Program-made: the position numbers and the translations under genes
Notes under the pieces: model-generated
Databases searched by the model: none
What the model saw: only the letters and a program-made list of their open reading frames with translations
Told to the model about the DNA's origin: nothing
IMG/VR virus record: IMGVR_UViG_3300037245_001419
Location: 124,001 to 188,000 of that record
Direction: 5' to 3' (one strand)
Length of the DNA: 64,000 nucleotides
Shown here: positions 39,478 through 49,081 of the stretch, piece after piece
Layout of the letters: each line of letters begins with the position of its first letter
How positions within the stretch are numbered: position 1 is the stretch's first letter

Positions 39478-40242
39478 TTAGATTTTCCCAGATTTATCAT
39501 ACTGAAGTTGTTTCATATCAGCAAATGCATCAGCATCTTCTTTATTGAACACAATGCCGACAACTTCATCATTAGTAGTAGTAAATTCACCAGTAAATCT
39601 TATCTCAAAATTTACATCAGTTTCTACAACATAAAAAATTGACAGATACTTTTTTTGCAATTCTTTCATGTCACAAATTTTTGAACCCTTTAGGTAAAGC
39701 CCTTCATCGTCTGGACAAACATCATGTAGTCGCTGTACCAAGCCTTCAATGATAGTTGTTTGAGATAGCTTCTTAAGGTCTGCCTTATCAAATGCAACTT
39801 CAATGTTACAACTATCACATCCGGCATCTTCTTTTCCAGAGTGGCCACCATCGGGACTATTTGGATCGTGAAGATAAATGTCAATATGAATATCTTTAGC
39901 TTTTTTAAGAATGTCTTCATCTGAAGTTCCTGTAACGTCCCATGAATGAGTAACTTGAGCTTCAGTAACTTGATAGTATACTGTTTTTGTAAACTTCCTT
40001 GGCGTAGGGGTATGGGTCTCTTGCTCACCTACCAAGCCCCACTCTTCTGATTCTCTGATAGCAGACCATGTAGAATAGCTGTTCTTAAAGTGGTTCGTGA
40101 TAACAGCATCATCTAAACACTTGTCGCACAGATCAACAGTTTCATTTGTTTCTTGAATTAGAGTGCCGTGTATACTGCCTTCGTGTGATTCTAAATCTAC
40201 ACCAGTGTTTTGTAGGTCGTTTAAGTGTTTACAAATTCTCAT
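39478..40242 (-). CDS. Hypothetical protein
   Basis: Own promoter; GGAG SD. Confidence 0.65.
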   Translation of the reverse strand: MRICKHLNDLQNTGVDLESHEGSIHGTLIQETNETVDLCDKCLDDAVITNHFKNSYSTWSAIRESEEWGLVGEQETHTPTPRKFTKTVYYQVTEAQVTHSWDVTGTSDEDILKKAKDIHIDIYLHDPNSPDGGHSGKEDAGCDSCNIEVAFDKADLKKLSQTTIIEGLVQRLHDVCPDDEGLYLKGSKICDMKELQKKYLSIFYVVETDVNFEIRFTGEFTTTNDEVVGIVFNKEDADAFADMKQLQYDKSGKI

Positions 40243-40307
40243 AATAGTTTCTCCGTTGAGGTCTTTAATAAAGATAGTTAATTAACTAAGAGCTGTCAAG
40301 TTAAATA

Positions 40308-40806
40308 TTACCATTCCCAAAGAATAGCAACATCTTTGTGTTGTTCTTTTACAGAAACGTATGTACGGTTATCATCAGACCTATTCAACATGTCGTCAAC
40401 ATTCGCCCAATTGTTAATAATCAATTTGTCAGAATCATCCACAAATGGAATGTCTTTGTGGTGCTCAAACAATTTTCCTAAAGTAGGAAAAGAAAATTGG
40501 TGTTGTTTCTGAAATTTTTCAAAGTCTGCATCAACTTGTTCTTCAAACTTTGGTATGTGCTTGAAAACATAGTCAGCTAAAAAATGTATCACTGAAATTT
40601 TAACAACAGCACCATGTGTGATAGCAGTAATACTATCAACAGCATTGTATATGTCATCACCAGTTTGATAAGCTTCACCGCTCCAATTCTCGATACTTTT
40701 TATGTCAGCATCAATCGCATCAACTTTACCTTTGAGTATTTCTACAAGGGCTTCAATAGTTGGGTCGTTTGATACTTCTAAAATTTTGTTAAGTACAGTT
40801 ATCATA
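40308..40806 (-). CDS. Hypothetical protein
   Basis: GGAG then MITVLNK. Confidence 0.6.
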
Positions 40807-40819
40807 TTTTCTCCATCGA

Positions 40820-40966
40820 TTAATAACATTGGCATTCAACATCATCATTACAGCAATGATTGAGCCACATTTCACAACATGAACACCAATCCATTAACCC
40901 ACCACAAGCACAGCAATATTCATCGCCTTCTTCATATTCATAGTGTAATTTATAGTCTTCATTCAT
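40820..40966 (-). CDS. 48-aa metallothionein-like Cys-rich peptide (not in the ORF track)
   Basis: MNEDYKLHYEYEEGDEYCCACGGLMDWCSCCEMWLNHCCNDDVECQCY; 10 Cys; ATG lies 7 nt after the -10 box. Confidence 0.6.
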   Translation of the reverse strand: MNEDYKLHYEYEEGDEYCCACGGLMDWCSCCEMWLNHCCNDDVECQCY

Positions 40967-41195
40967 ATTATATAAGATAGTTAATTAGTTAAGTATTGTC
41001 AAGTATTCTTTATACAATTAATACAATATTTTTTTCCTTTAACGACACCACCCAAATGAGATTTCACGGGGTAGTATCGTTTAAACGGAATTTTACTTTG
41101 ACAATTGTAACATGAAAATAACTCTGTAAGTTTTCTAGCCTTTCTAATAACATATCTTATAGGCTCCCTTAGTGCAGAGTTATTAACAGTCATTA

Positions 41196-41714
41196 CTATT
41201 CGTCCATTTCTTCAATTACTTCATCTTGTGGGAACTCAGGTTTTCGAATTTCAATAAACAGTTCATCAATAGACTTCTGAGTTTTTCGAGACTTAAGACA
41301 ATGTAGAACATACAGCTCATACCCTTCTCTAAGCTCACCTCTATCACCATCACTGGTAAAGCTCAGTGCATCACCCAAATGGTGTTTGTACACACACAAT
41401 GAGGCAACAACAATAGCATCGTAATTCTTCCGAGCAGTTTTACAGAACGCAAATTGACCATCCCATTCCTCTTCAAATACCATGCCCTCATGACTTTCAT
41501 CACCAATACCATTGAACGCTACATATTTTTTATCAGCATCAATTACAGGGTTAGTATCTTTTGTACCATGACCATCAGCCAATATATTAGGCATATCTTT
41601 ATTGGCCCATTTCAAAAACGATCTTACAGCTTTAATAGAAGACATTTTCTTTGCATCTGTTAAAGGCTTGCTTCCCTCTTCCCAGTAGTGTGTATAACCC
41701 ATGTTATTCTCCAA
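41196..41714 (-). CDS. Conserved phage hypothetical (MGYTHYW family)
   Basis: MGYTHYW...FNG.G...HE...FCKTARKNYD..V.A.L...SDGD. Confidence 0.7.
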   Translation of the reverse strand: MENNMGYTHYWEEGSKPLTDAKKMSSIKAVRSFLKWANKDMPNILADGHGTKDTNPVIDADKKYVAFNGIGDESHEGMVFEEEWDGQFAFCKTARKNYDAIVVASLCVYKHHLGDALSFTSDGDRGELREGYELYVLHCLKSRKTQKSIDELFIEIRKPEFPQDEVIEEMDE

Positions 41715-41999
41715 TGTTATAGTTAATGTTTCTTATACTTAAGTTAGTTAAATAGCTAACCAATGTCAACAAAAAAACCCATTAAAATTAATTAATGGGT
41801 TTAAATTTACTTTAGTTTACAATCTAAAGACGAATATACTTATCTGAAAACTCTGATTCATATGTAGATTTCCATCCACAACTAGGGCATATAAATTGCC
41901 CAGACTCTTTTTTAGTTCGTGGCATCTTACGACAATTAACACTCCCACAATAAGGACGGTAATTAGGGTCGGCTATAATATTTTCCCGAACTATGCTCA

Positions 42000-42386
42000 C
42001 TATTTAGCCTTCCTTAATTCGTCACACTTTTCCCAACAAACACTTTCAGTCACATCTTTAATAACTTCAAATGCTTCATTCAATTTATCTAATGCGTCAT
42101 AGTATTTTTCATTAAACTTATCCATAGGGGCGTTTACTTTAGTTGATAGAATCGCTTCTGCTCTTCTGTCAGCAGTGGTATCCATTTGATTCCATAATTC
42201 GTCGAAAAAGAATTTAGGATTAACATCAATACCATCAATCTGCATGGTAATATCATATGACTTGTTGGATTTATTTTTGTCTAACCATTCACCGTTAAGT
42301 TCTTTAAGCATACCAACAGCTTGTAAAAAGAAGTGACCCATAAGCTCTTTATTGTTGTGCAATAGTTCTTCTCTATCAAATTTCAT
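42000..42386 (-). CDS. Hypothetical protein
   Basis: TAATG-coupled to the cca gene. Confidence 0.6.
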   Translation of the reverse strand: MKFDREELLHNNKELMGHFFLQAVGMLKELNGEWLDKNKSNKSYDITMQIDGIDVNPKFFFDELWNQMDTTADRRAEAILSTKVNAPMDKFNEKYYDALDKLNEAFEVIKDVTESVCWEKCDELRKAK

Positions 42387-43753
42387 TACGCCTCCAAACT
42401 AAAGTTTTTTATGTAGTCTCTGATTGCATCCATGTTGTCAAGGTCAACCATGTTGTCGTATATCCATTGCTTAGTACCTTTAATGATAACCCCAAGCTCT
42501 TTACAGGGTTTATCAATACCAGTAATTTCCATTACAAGCTTACCAGATACAAGTTTATCAACAGGCATATTGTTACGGTTAACAGGGTCGTTATACTTCT
42601 TAATAACAAAGTTAACATACTCCATCTTATTATCCCATGCCGATTGAGGAGATAGCTGTTCACCCCTGCACATTTCATCACAAAACGCAACCTTTACTAG
42701 TGCATCCCAGTTCACATTGTCAGTGAGAGTAATCAGCTTTGATACTCTCATTCCCTTCAGTCTATGGAATTTCATATGATTAACACAAGGGTAAACTAAA
42801 GTAGCCCTAGTCTTATTATCGATTTTAAGGCGGTCACAGATGGCGTTAACAATAGCCTCCCCTGCACCCTCATGGCAGTGATAAGTGTTCTTACCGTCCT
42901 TTACAACGTGCGTAAGAGCCTTTCCTACATCGTGTAATAGTATAGCCATGTTGATAACAGGATTTTCTTCTTTATTAACAGCTAAAGCACTCATAGTATG
43001 CAACCATGCGTTTGCACCTTCTGGATGTGAACTTAAATCATGGGGAAATTGATCTAATATGTCAACTTCTGGTAAGATATACTTCAGTAGGTTAGAAGTT
43101 TTCAATAACTCTAATGCATATGCAAAGCGTTCGCCAGTCTGTTCAGCCATTTTAAACAGCTCTTTTGCGATACGTTCTTGAGCTACTTTAGTTATGTTGT
43201 GGGCGAGTTCTTGAATGGCTTCCATTGTATCATTTTCGATTACAAAATCCATTCTACTTGCAAATCGAATAGCTCTTAACATTCTTAAATAGTCTTCAGC
43301 AAACCGCTCTTTAGGGTCTCCAACAGTTCTAATAATTTGATTTTTAATATCACATTTACCATTATGATAATCAATTACACCATAGTCTTTTCTTAAACCC
43401 ATAGAATTAATAGTAAAATCTCTTCTTTTAGTATCCTCTTCAAAGGTTACACCCAGTACTACATTGTCCGGTCTTCTACCATCAGAATATTCACCATCAG
43501 TTCTGAATTGAGCAACCTCAAAGTGATCGTCTTTATATTCTACAACAACAATACCAAAGACTTTGTTCTTACCAATATCATGAGTGGGGAATAACGATTC
43601 TATCTTATCCATGGGAACATTGGTTGCAATATCAATATCAGATGCAATTCTATTCATCAATGAATCTCTAACAGCACCACCAACAATATAAGCTTCCCCA
43701 TACTCTGATAGAAGTTTTATTATTTCCATTCCTTTAGATAATGCATTACTCAT
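42386..43753 (-). CDS. cca: CCA tRNA nucleotidyltransferase with HD domain
   Basis: YIVGGAVRD, DIDIAT, EVAQFR.D, EDTKRRDFTINSM, FAEDYLRMLRAIRFA, ERIAKEL, LLHDVGK. Confidence 0.93.
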   Translation of the reverse strand: MSNALSKGMEIIKLLSEYGEAYIVGGAVRDSLMNRIASDIDIATNVPMDKIESLFPTHDIGKNKVFGIVVVEYKDDHFEVAQFRTDGEYSDGRRPDNVVLGVTFEEDTKRRDFTINSMGLRKDYGVIDYHNGKCDIKNQIIRTVGDPKERFAEDYLRMLRAIRFASRMDFVIENDTMEAIQELAHNITKVAQERIAKELFKMAEQTGERFAYALELLKTSNLLKYILPEVDILDQFPHDLSSHPEGANAWLHTMSALAVNKEENPVINMAILLHDVGKALTHVVKDGKNTYHCHEGAGEAIVNAICDRLKIDNKTRATLVYPCVNHMKFHRLKGMRVSKLITLTDNVNWDALVKVAFCDEMCRGEQLSPQSAWDNKMEYVNFVIKKYNDPVNRNNMPVDKLVSGKLVMEITGIDKPCKELGVIIKGTKQWIYDNMVDLDNMDAIRDYIKNFSLEA

Positions 43754-43784
43754 ACTACCTCACAATTAACAGTTAATATCTTCA

Positions 43785-44030
43785 TTAATGCTCTATTCCA
43801 TAACGGAAGGTTTTTCGTTGTATTAAAATATAACCCAAAAACAGATTTTTACATTCATAACCAGCATATCTATAACTTCCACCTTCCCATTTGGATTTAG
43901 CTTCTTTTATACATGATTCGTAAGATAAGGAATTACTTTTTTTTCCTTTATTAACGAAATTAGAATTACTTTTTACGGCACAGCCAACTAAAGTAACCGA
44001 TATGAGTAAACATAATATTATATATTTCAT
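43785..44030 (-). CDS. Small lipoprotein
   Basis: MKY + hydrophobic stretch + lipobox LVGC. Confidence 0.7.
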   Translation of the reverse strand: MKYIILCLLISVTLVGCAVKSNSNFVNKGKKSNSLSYESCIKEAKSKWEGGSYRYAGYECKNLFLGYILIQRKTFRYGIEH

Positions 44031-44117
44031 TTTATTCCTTCTATATGATTACATTATTAAAGTTAGTTAATTAAATAAGTTATGTCAATATAAAACTGAA
44101 GTATTTGGCGAATTGAT

Positions 44118-44753
44118 CTAATAAGATTTTTTTATTTTTTTCAACTTATAGCGTCCTTCGATATTTTTTGGAAAATTTGCGAAGTAATTTAATAAAACTT
44201 TTTGACTGGAATTATTCCATATTTTCTTATCTATGCCTATTTTACCTTCCCAAGCCTTATATGAATTAGAAACTCTATTTACTGGATACATATCTAACCA
44301 AACATGTTTTGTATTGATAATACGTTCGTATGGAACATAAGAAGTTGTTTTTGTAGTTGTCTTATAATTTTTATTTTTATAGATTGATACATCAACTTCA
44401 CCTAATTTTGTCTGGTTGGGAGTATTCAATTTACCCTTAGTTGTACTGTAGTTAGTTACGGGTCTAACTCCTGTTTGTTTTGTAGTTGATTCGCTTGTAC
44501 TAACAAACATAAGATAATCAGCCTTTAAGGTTTTAGTATATACTTGAAACCCTAAACCATTCATTGCTTCGTATACATCATAAACCAAATTTCTGTCTTC
44601 AATACTACTATTATCCAAAGTAACAATTAGGATTTTAGAATCTTGGTTAATAGATATAGATTTGTCCGATCGGCCTAAAAAATATGCAGATTTTGTTTTA
44701 TGGTGAGTACAGTTCATTAATAACAATGTGAGTAGTAATAATAGAATTTTCAT
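44118..44753 (-). CDS. Lipoprotein (DUF4136-like fold possible)
   Basis: MKILLLLLTLLLMNC signal; ADYLMFV...WEGKI. Confidence 0.65.
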   Translation of the reverse strand: MKILLLLLTLLLMNCTHHKTKSAYFLGRSDKSISINQDSKILIVTLDNSSIEDRNLVYDVYEAMNGLGFQVYTKTLKADYLMFVSTSESTTKQTGVRPVTNYSTTKGKLNTPNQTKLGEVDVSIYKNKNYKTTTKTTSYVPYERIINTKHVWLDMYPVNRVSNSYKAWEGKIGIDKKIWNNSSQKVLLNYFANFPKNIEGRYKLKKIKKSY

Positions 44754-44756
44754 AAT

Positions 44757-45542
44757 TTAGTTCTCCTTGTTAAAAGAAATATGTTGGCACGGATATACTT
44801 TAGTTTCATCGGATGAGCTATAGTAGTATAAACTCCCTATGACAACAATGCTATCGAATTGTGATATTGCAGATATACTAGCATACAGATGATGATCACT
44901 AAGGTCGTAAGTACTATAATCTCTTGTTCTATCGAACTCCATTAGTTCACCGTCTAGATAGCGGATATAGTCGTCGTATATTGTTAACGGGTGCTTAAGG
45001 AGTAAATAAGATTCATCACCAATAAAAGCTTCAACTAAAGTATCTGGTAAAAACATCAGTTCCTTATTTTCTAGTTCACCTTTTACAGAGTGAAAATAAT
45101 ATTTCAAAACAGAATCACCAATAAGCATAGCAACATCATATTCTGTTGTAGAATCGTATTCGTCGCTGTACACTGTAAGGCTAAAGAATGTTGTATCACC
45201 AAACGTTGTATCAAATACCATATTCCCTAGACTAAGTGTTGTATCAATAGTGAATCCTTCAGATTTGTGATGTATGCTAGTGTAATTTGCATAGTCTGTT
45301 GAGTCATCTGCATTCCAATATCTAGGGTTATTATCTAGACCAAATTCGACAGGATAAAAGCCGATAGAATCGGATATTACCAGTTCCCAATTATGTTTTA
45401 CTGTACCGTCTACAATTTCTGATTCTGAACAGTAGCCATGTATAATAGGGTCTTGTTTAGGCTTAGATGAATATGTTATTTTGTCGGAGCACCCAACTAA
45501 AGTAATCGACAACACTAGTAGTGTCATAATACATAATTTCAT
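44757..45542 (-). CDS. Lipoprotein
   Basis: MKLCIMTLLVLSITLVGC lipobox. Confidence 0.7.
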   Translation of the reverse strand: MKLCIMTLLVLSITLVGCSDKITYSSKPKQDPIIHGYCSESEIVDGTVKHNWELVISDSIGFYPVEFGLDNNPRYWNADDSTDYANYTSIHHKSEGFTIDTTLSLGNMVFDTTFGDTTFFSLTVYSDEYDSTTEYDVAMLIGDSVLKYYFHSVKGELENKELMFLPDTLVEAFIGDESYLLLKHPLTIYDDYIRYLDGELMEFDRTRDYSTYDLSDHHLYASISAISQFDSIVVIGSLYYYSSSDETKVYPCQHISFNKEN

Positions 45543-45543
45543 A

Positions 45544-45849
45544 TTACCAAGAACTTTTTGCTAATATACGAGAAGAACTTTGATTGACAATTGATACTAC
45601 AATTGAAGAACCTACTCGTTTCACATAAACATCCTTAATCAAATTTGCCATATCTTCAAGTTCTTCTTTAGATGAATCGTATTGAGAACTTGATAGCTGA
45701 ACCCACAGAGAATTATTTCCAGCATAATAACACTCTATAACTGGCGAGTTTGATATTATATAATCTCCAAATTCTTTCTGTGTTGATGAAGGTGTGTATG
45801 CATACGTCATAGAGACTAAACATATGGTAATAAATATTATTTTTAACAT
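45544..45849 (-). CDS. Secreted/periplasmic protein
   Basis: Sec signal MLKIIFITICLVSMTYA. Confidence 0.6.
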   Translation of the reverse strand: MLKIIFITICLVSMTYAYTPSSTQKEFGDYIISNSPVIECYYAGNNSLWVQLSSSQYDSSKEELEDMANLIKDVYVKRVGSSIVVSIVNQSSSRILAKSSW

Positions 45850-45947
45850 GGTATATCCTTTTTGTTACTAAATTTAATTAATTATACATAAATTGTCTAT
45901 AAAAACTGAAGTACCCTCTCAAATACTTCAGTTTTGCTGTCTGCAAT

Positions 45948-46253
45948 TTACTTTTCAACACCAAAAACTAAATCACCACCATCGAATAATCTAGGTAGGT
46001 TGTGGGTTTCATCGATCAGAAAATTTGAATCGTCTCTAATGTCAATAGCATAAACTTCTTGTTTATCCCATCGATCTCTTACAAACACATTAGATACAAT
46101 ATGAAAAGATTCGTCAGATTCAACAGTTATACAAACTGCATTAGAATCTGAAGAACATTGTTCACAACTTTGTTGACTGTGAGGCTTAGCACCTCCACAA
46201 TTTCTAGCTTCACTGCAATTTCTTCTCATAGCACAAATAACTTCATCACTCAT
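45948..46253 (-). CDS. Cys-rich hypothetical protein
   Basis: Six Cys in the N-terminal 41 aa. Confidence 0.6.
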   Translation of the reverse strand: MSDEVICAMRRNCSEARNCGGAKPHSQQSCEQCSSDSNAVCITVESDESFHIVSNVFVRDRWDKQEVYAIDIRDDSNFLIDETHNLPRLFDGGDLVFGVEK

Positions 46254-46340
46254 AGATTCTCCGTTTGATTATATAACTAATATAGCTAAATAGATAAGTT
46301 ACGTCAACAGTTTTTGTGTAAGTTCTGTTATTTGTTACTT

Positions 46341-46370
46341 AAAAAAATACCCCCTCCGTCGAGGGGGATT
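46341..46370 (-). terminator. Intrinsic terminator after the tRNA-like gene
   Basis: Minus strand: ATCCCCCTC-GACG-GAGGGGGTAT-TTTTTTT. Confidence 0.85.
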
Positions 46371-46372
46371 AT

Positions 46373-46494
46373 TCAATTAGATGGGATTCAAACCCATACA
46401 TTCCCACACTATAGACCTTTGCCAAAGATAACCCTTTGTAGTCAATAATGTGTTGGCTCTAAACCAGATACGCTATCAGTTGCGCCACTAATTA
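46373..46494 (-). tRNA. tRNA-like gene (anticodon UAG, Leu) interrupted by a ~49-nt hairpin insert; no encoded CCA
   Basis: Acceptor TAATTAG/CTAATTG + A73; D arm GCGC-AACTGATA-GCGT; anticodon arm TCTGG-TTTAGAG-CCA[insert]GG; T arm ATGGG-TTTGAAT-CCCAT. Confidence 0.7.
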
Positions 46495-47124
46495 AATATC
46501 AAAACCATAATCCCATTTAGCTTTCTGCTCTGCTATCCATTCAGATAAAGAAAAGTCAAGTTCTTTATCCTCATCTTTATTTACTGGTCTCTCAAACGCC
46601 TTCAGCTTTACCATAAGCTTTCTAAGGTCTTCAGATACACCACCAAACCAATCTTTTGCTTGATTTATATCACCATCTTTAAATGACTTCTCAACACCTT
46701 CCATACACTTACGCAAATAAGAAAAAGAATGTATGAACTCTTGCATCACTTCACCCTTATGGGTTTTCGGGTGTGCAGACTCAACCACTTGACCATATTG
46801 TGCACCATAAGTAAGAATGCTACCAACTAAAGTTTCAATAGGCTTTCTACCTTGATCTACATCACTGAAAGCAACGTGATCTTTTTGTAAATTAACAGGT
46901 AGTGGGTAAGAATAAGATAGACCACCGTTGTGACCTTTAAACTCATCCATAAGACCTTTTTCATCAACCTTGTCACATTCAAATTCGTCATGATTTTTAA
47001 CCGCTTCAGCATACCCTTTAGGCTCTACAGAGATATCCCAGTACTTCTTTAGATACTCTAGTATTGCTTCAGCATGGAATTCAAAATTCTTTACTTTAGT
47101 TTCTTTTGATATGTCATAAGCCAT
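46492..47124 (-). CDS. Hypothetical protein
   Basis: 210 aa ORF whose TAA overlaps nt 1-3 of the tRNA-like element. Confidence 0.65.
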   Translation of the reverse strand: MAYDISKETKVKNFEFHAEAILEYLKKYWDISVEPKGYAEAVKNHDEFECDKVDEKGLMDEFKGHNGGLSYSYPLPVNLQKDHVAFSDVDQGRKPIETLVGSILTYGAQYGQVVESAHPKTHKGEVMQEFIHSFSYLRKCMEGVEKSFKDGDINQAKDWFGGVSEDLRKLMVKLKAFERPVNKDEDKELDFSLSEWIAEQKAKWDYGFDI

Positions 47125-47327
47125 TATAAATCCTCATTTAATTCAAGGTACTCAACTTCTCTGTAGTTCCAATACCATGTACGTTCAGCAGATAGTTGTC
47201 TGCTTAACCATAAAGTCAAGTCTCTTTCAGATTCTTCCAATAATTCGGGATCGTCACTCATTCCGGCACGACCTATAGCACTAAGCACGTTAAAGCGTAC
47301 TTTTTTAGTGATACGTCTTTTAGCCAT
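47124..47327 (-). CDS. Hypothetical protein
   Basis: TAATG coupling at both ends. Confidence 0.55.
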   Translation of the reverse strand: MAKRRITKKVRFNVLSAIGRAGMSDDPELLEESERDLTLWLSRQLSAERTWYWNYREVEYLELNEDL

Positions 47328-47632
47328 TAGAAAAAGTCCTTTATGTCACCTTCAGTGAAAATACTATCAATAGGGTAAGGCAAATCGTCTTTACTATTAA
47401 CCCCCCAACTATCACAAAACAACAAACAGTCAGTACCATACTCTTTTTTAATCTGTTCTTTAACTGAAGTAATGTTTTCTTTAGCCCATTTCTTACAGAT
47501 TTCAATATCGGTATCCATAAAAACACTCATTGTACCATACTGTTCACCAGTGTCAACAGCCACTTCAAACCATACACACAAATAACCTTGTTTTTCTATT
47601 TGAGTGTGAATAAAATTGTTTTGAGCTATCAT
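47327..47632 (-). CDS. Hypothetical protein, paralogue of the N-terminal domain of 47698-48375
   Basis: WFEVAV...G.T..F.D.D...CKKWA...LFCD.W is shared. Confidence 0.65.
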   Translation of the reverse strand: MIAQNNFIHTQIEKQGYLCVWFEVAVDTGEQYGTMSVFMDTDIEICKKWAKENITSVKEQIKKEYGTDCLLFCDSWGVNSKDDLPYPIDSIFTEGDIKDFF

Positions 47633-47697
47633 ATTATTCTCCGAGTGCTTATCTATTATTAAAGATAGTTAATTAACTAACCTTTGTCAAGTGTTTT

Positions 47698-48375
47698 TTA
47701 TTTTACAAATATGTTTTCATTGTGGGCTTTATAATAAGCTTTATAATAAGCTTTAATCTTATCCTTATTGGCCTCTCGATAAGCTTTAATCTTATCCTTA
47801 TTGGCCTCTCGATAAGCTTTATTATAAGCTTTAATCTTATCCTTATTGGCCTCTCGATAAGCTTTAATCTTATCCTTATTGTTCTCTCGACAATCTTTAT
47901 GATAAGCTTTAATCTTATCCTTATTGGCCTTTTGATAATCTTTCTGGAAAGCTTTAATCTTATCCTTATTGGCTTCTCGATAATCTTTCTGGGAAGCTTT
48001 AATCTTATCCTTATTGGCTTCTCGATAATCTTTCTGGGAAGCTTTAATCTTATCCTTATTTTTGGCATAATAATCTTTATTATATGCTTTATTATAATCT
48101 TTAATCTTATCTATTAATTTTGGATTGTAATTAAAAATTGCTTCTCCATGCGTCTGTACACTTGACTCTGTCTTCATAGTCCACTCATCACAAAATAAAT
48201 ATCCCTCTTCTTTGTAAGACTCTTTATTGTCATCAGCCCATTTTTTACAAACATCAAGGTCATCGTCACTAAAAATAGTTTCTGTACCACCACCATTTTC
48301 ATCATCATCGTCATACCATGAAATAGCTACTTCATACCATGAATAAGGATATACTACTTTTTCTTCATCTGCCAT
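47698..48375 (-). CDS. Protein with Lys-rich tandem repeats (NKDKIKA...YREA)
   Basis: About 10 imperfect repeats in the C-terminal half. Confidence 0.75.
   Translation of the reverse strand: MADEEKVVYPYSWYEVAISWYDDDDENGGGTETIFSDDDLDVCKKWADDNKESYKEEGYLFCDEWTMKTESSVQTHGEAIFNYNPKLIDKIKDYNKAYNKDYYAKNKDKIKASQKDYREANKDKIKASQKDYREANKDKIKAFQKDYQKANKDKIKAYHKDCRENNKDKIKAYREANKDKIKAYNKAYREANKDKIKAYREANKDKIKAYYKAYYKAHNENIFVK
47720..48110. repeat. Coding tandem repeat (27/39-bp units)
   Basis: AAGCTTTAATCTTATCCTTATT core repeated about 9 times. Confidence 0.9.
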
Positions 48376-48543
48376 TACATTCCATCCGAATCAAAATTAA
48401 TGTCAACCTGTCCATCAATGTCGTCGTCAACCATAGAGAATTCCACACGACCACCTGTAGTTTGATCGTATGCATAGATAGGGACTGTTTTGTCTTCCAC
48501 TTGTTGTAGTTCGTCAATCATATCTTGTACAGTTTTAATCATA
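48376..48543 (-). CDS. Small acidic protein (not in the ORF track)
   Basis: MIKTVQDMIDELQQVEDKTVPIYAYDQTTGGRVEFSMVDDDIDGQVDINFDSDGM; GGAG SD and own promoter. Confidence 0.55.
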
Positions 48544-48786
48544 ATGTTCTCCGTGTTCTTACCTATTATTAAAGATAGTTAATTAACTAAAGTCTGTCTA
48601 TAAAAAAATCATCATTAAGAATAAAATTAAGATAGACACATAATAAACTAGGCTCAATTTAGTATTGTATCGTATTCGCTTATAAGTACCGACTATAACT
48701 ATTATACAACACATTATTTGCAACAGTAAGTCGATACTTTTAATAATTTTTAATACATAATCTAAATATTCCATAAATAATCCTTA

Positions 48787-49026
48787 TTAATATATTTCGA
48801 TTACAGAGCCTAATGTAACACATTCAGCAATTTCTAGTTTGTCTCTAGCCAATAGTTCTTTTGCATTGATTGAACTGCATACTTCTGTTCTTAATCCTTT
48901 AACATTAGCAGTCCAAGAATATGCACCTGATCCAAGCATATGTATTCCTGCATAAGTTCTGCTAAAATTAACAAGCTCCCAACCAGTGTCTTTTTTGATT
49001 TTTTCTGCCAGCTTTTTAAAACTCAT
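48787..49026 (-). CDS. Early hypothetical protein
   Basis: Own dyad promoter and SD. Confidence 0.6.
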   Translation of the reverse strand: MSFKKLAEKIKKDTGWELVNFSRTYAGIHMLGSGAYSWTANVKGLRTEVCSSINAKELLARDKLEIAECVTLGSVIEIY

Positions 49027-49081
49027 ACAGGCTCCTTATCTATTATATAATATAGTTAATTAACTAAACATTGTCAACAAA

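Noticed and set aside
46373-46494. Amber suppressor tRNA, tmRNA, or BHB-type intron
   Set aside because: The anticodon reads 5'-UAG-3' (decodes CUA Leu), not CUA. It is too short for tmRNA and has no tag ORF. The 4-bp central helix required for a BHB does not form.
47703-48117. Alternative-frame ORFs 47703-48068 (-) and 47722-48117 (+)
   Set aside because: Stop-free by-products of the tandem repeat; no SD or promoter.
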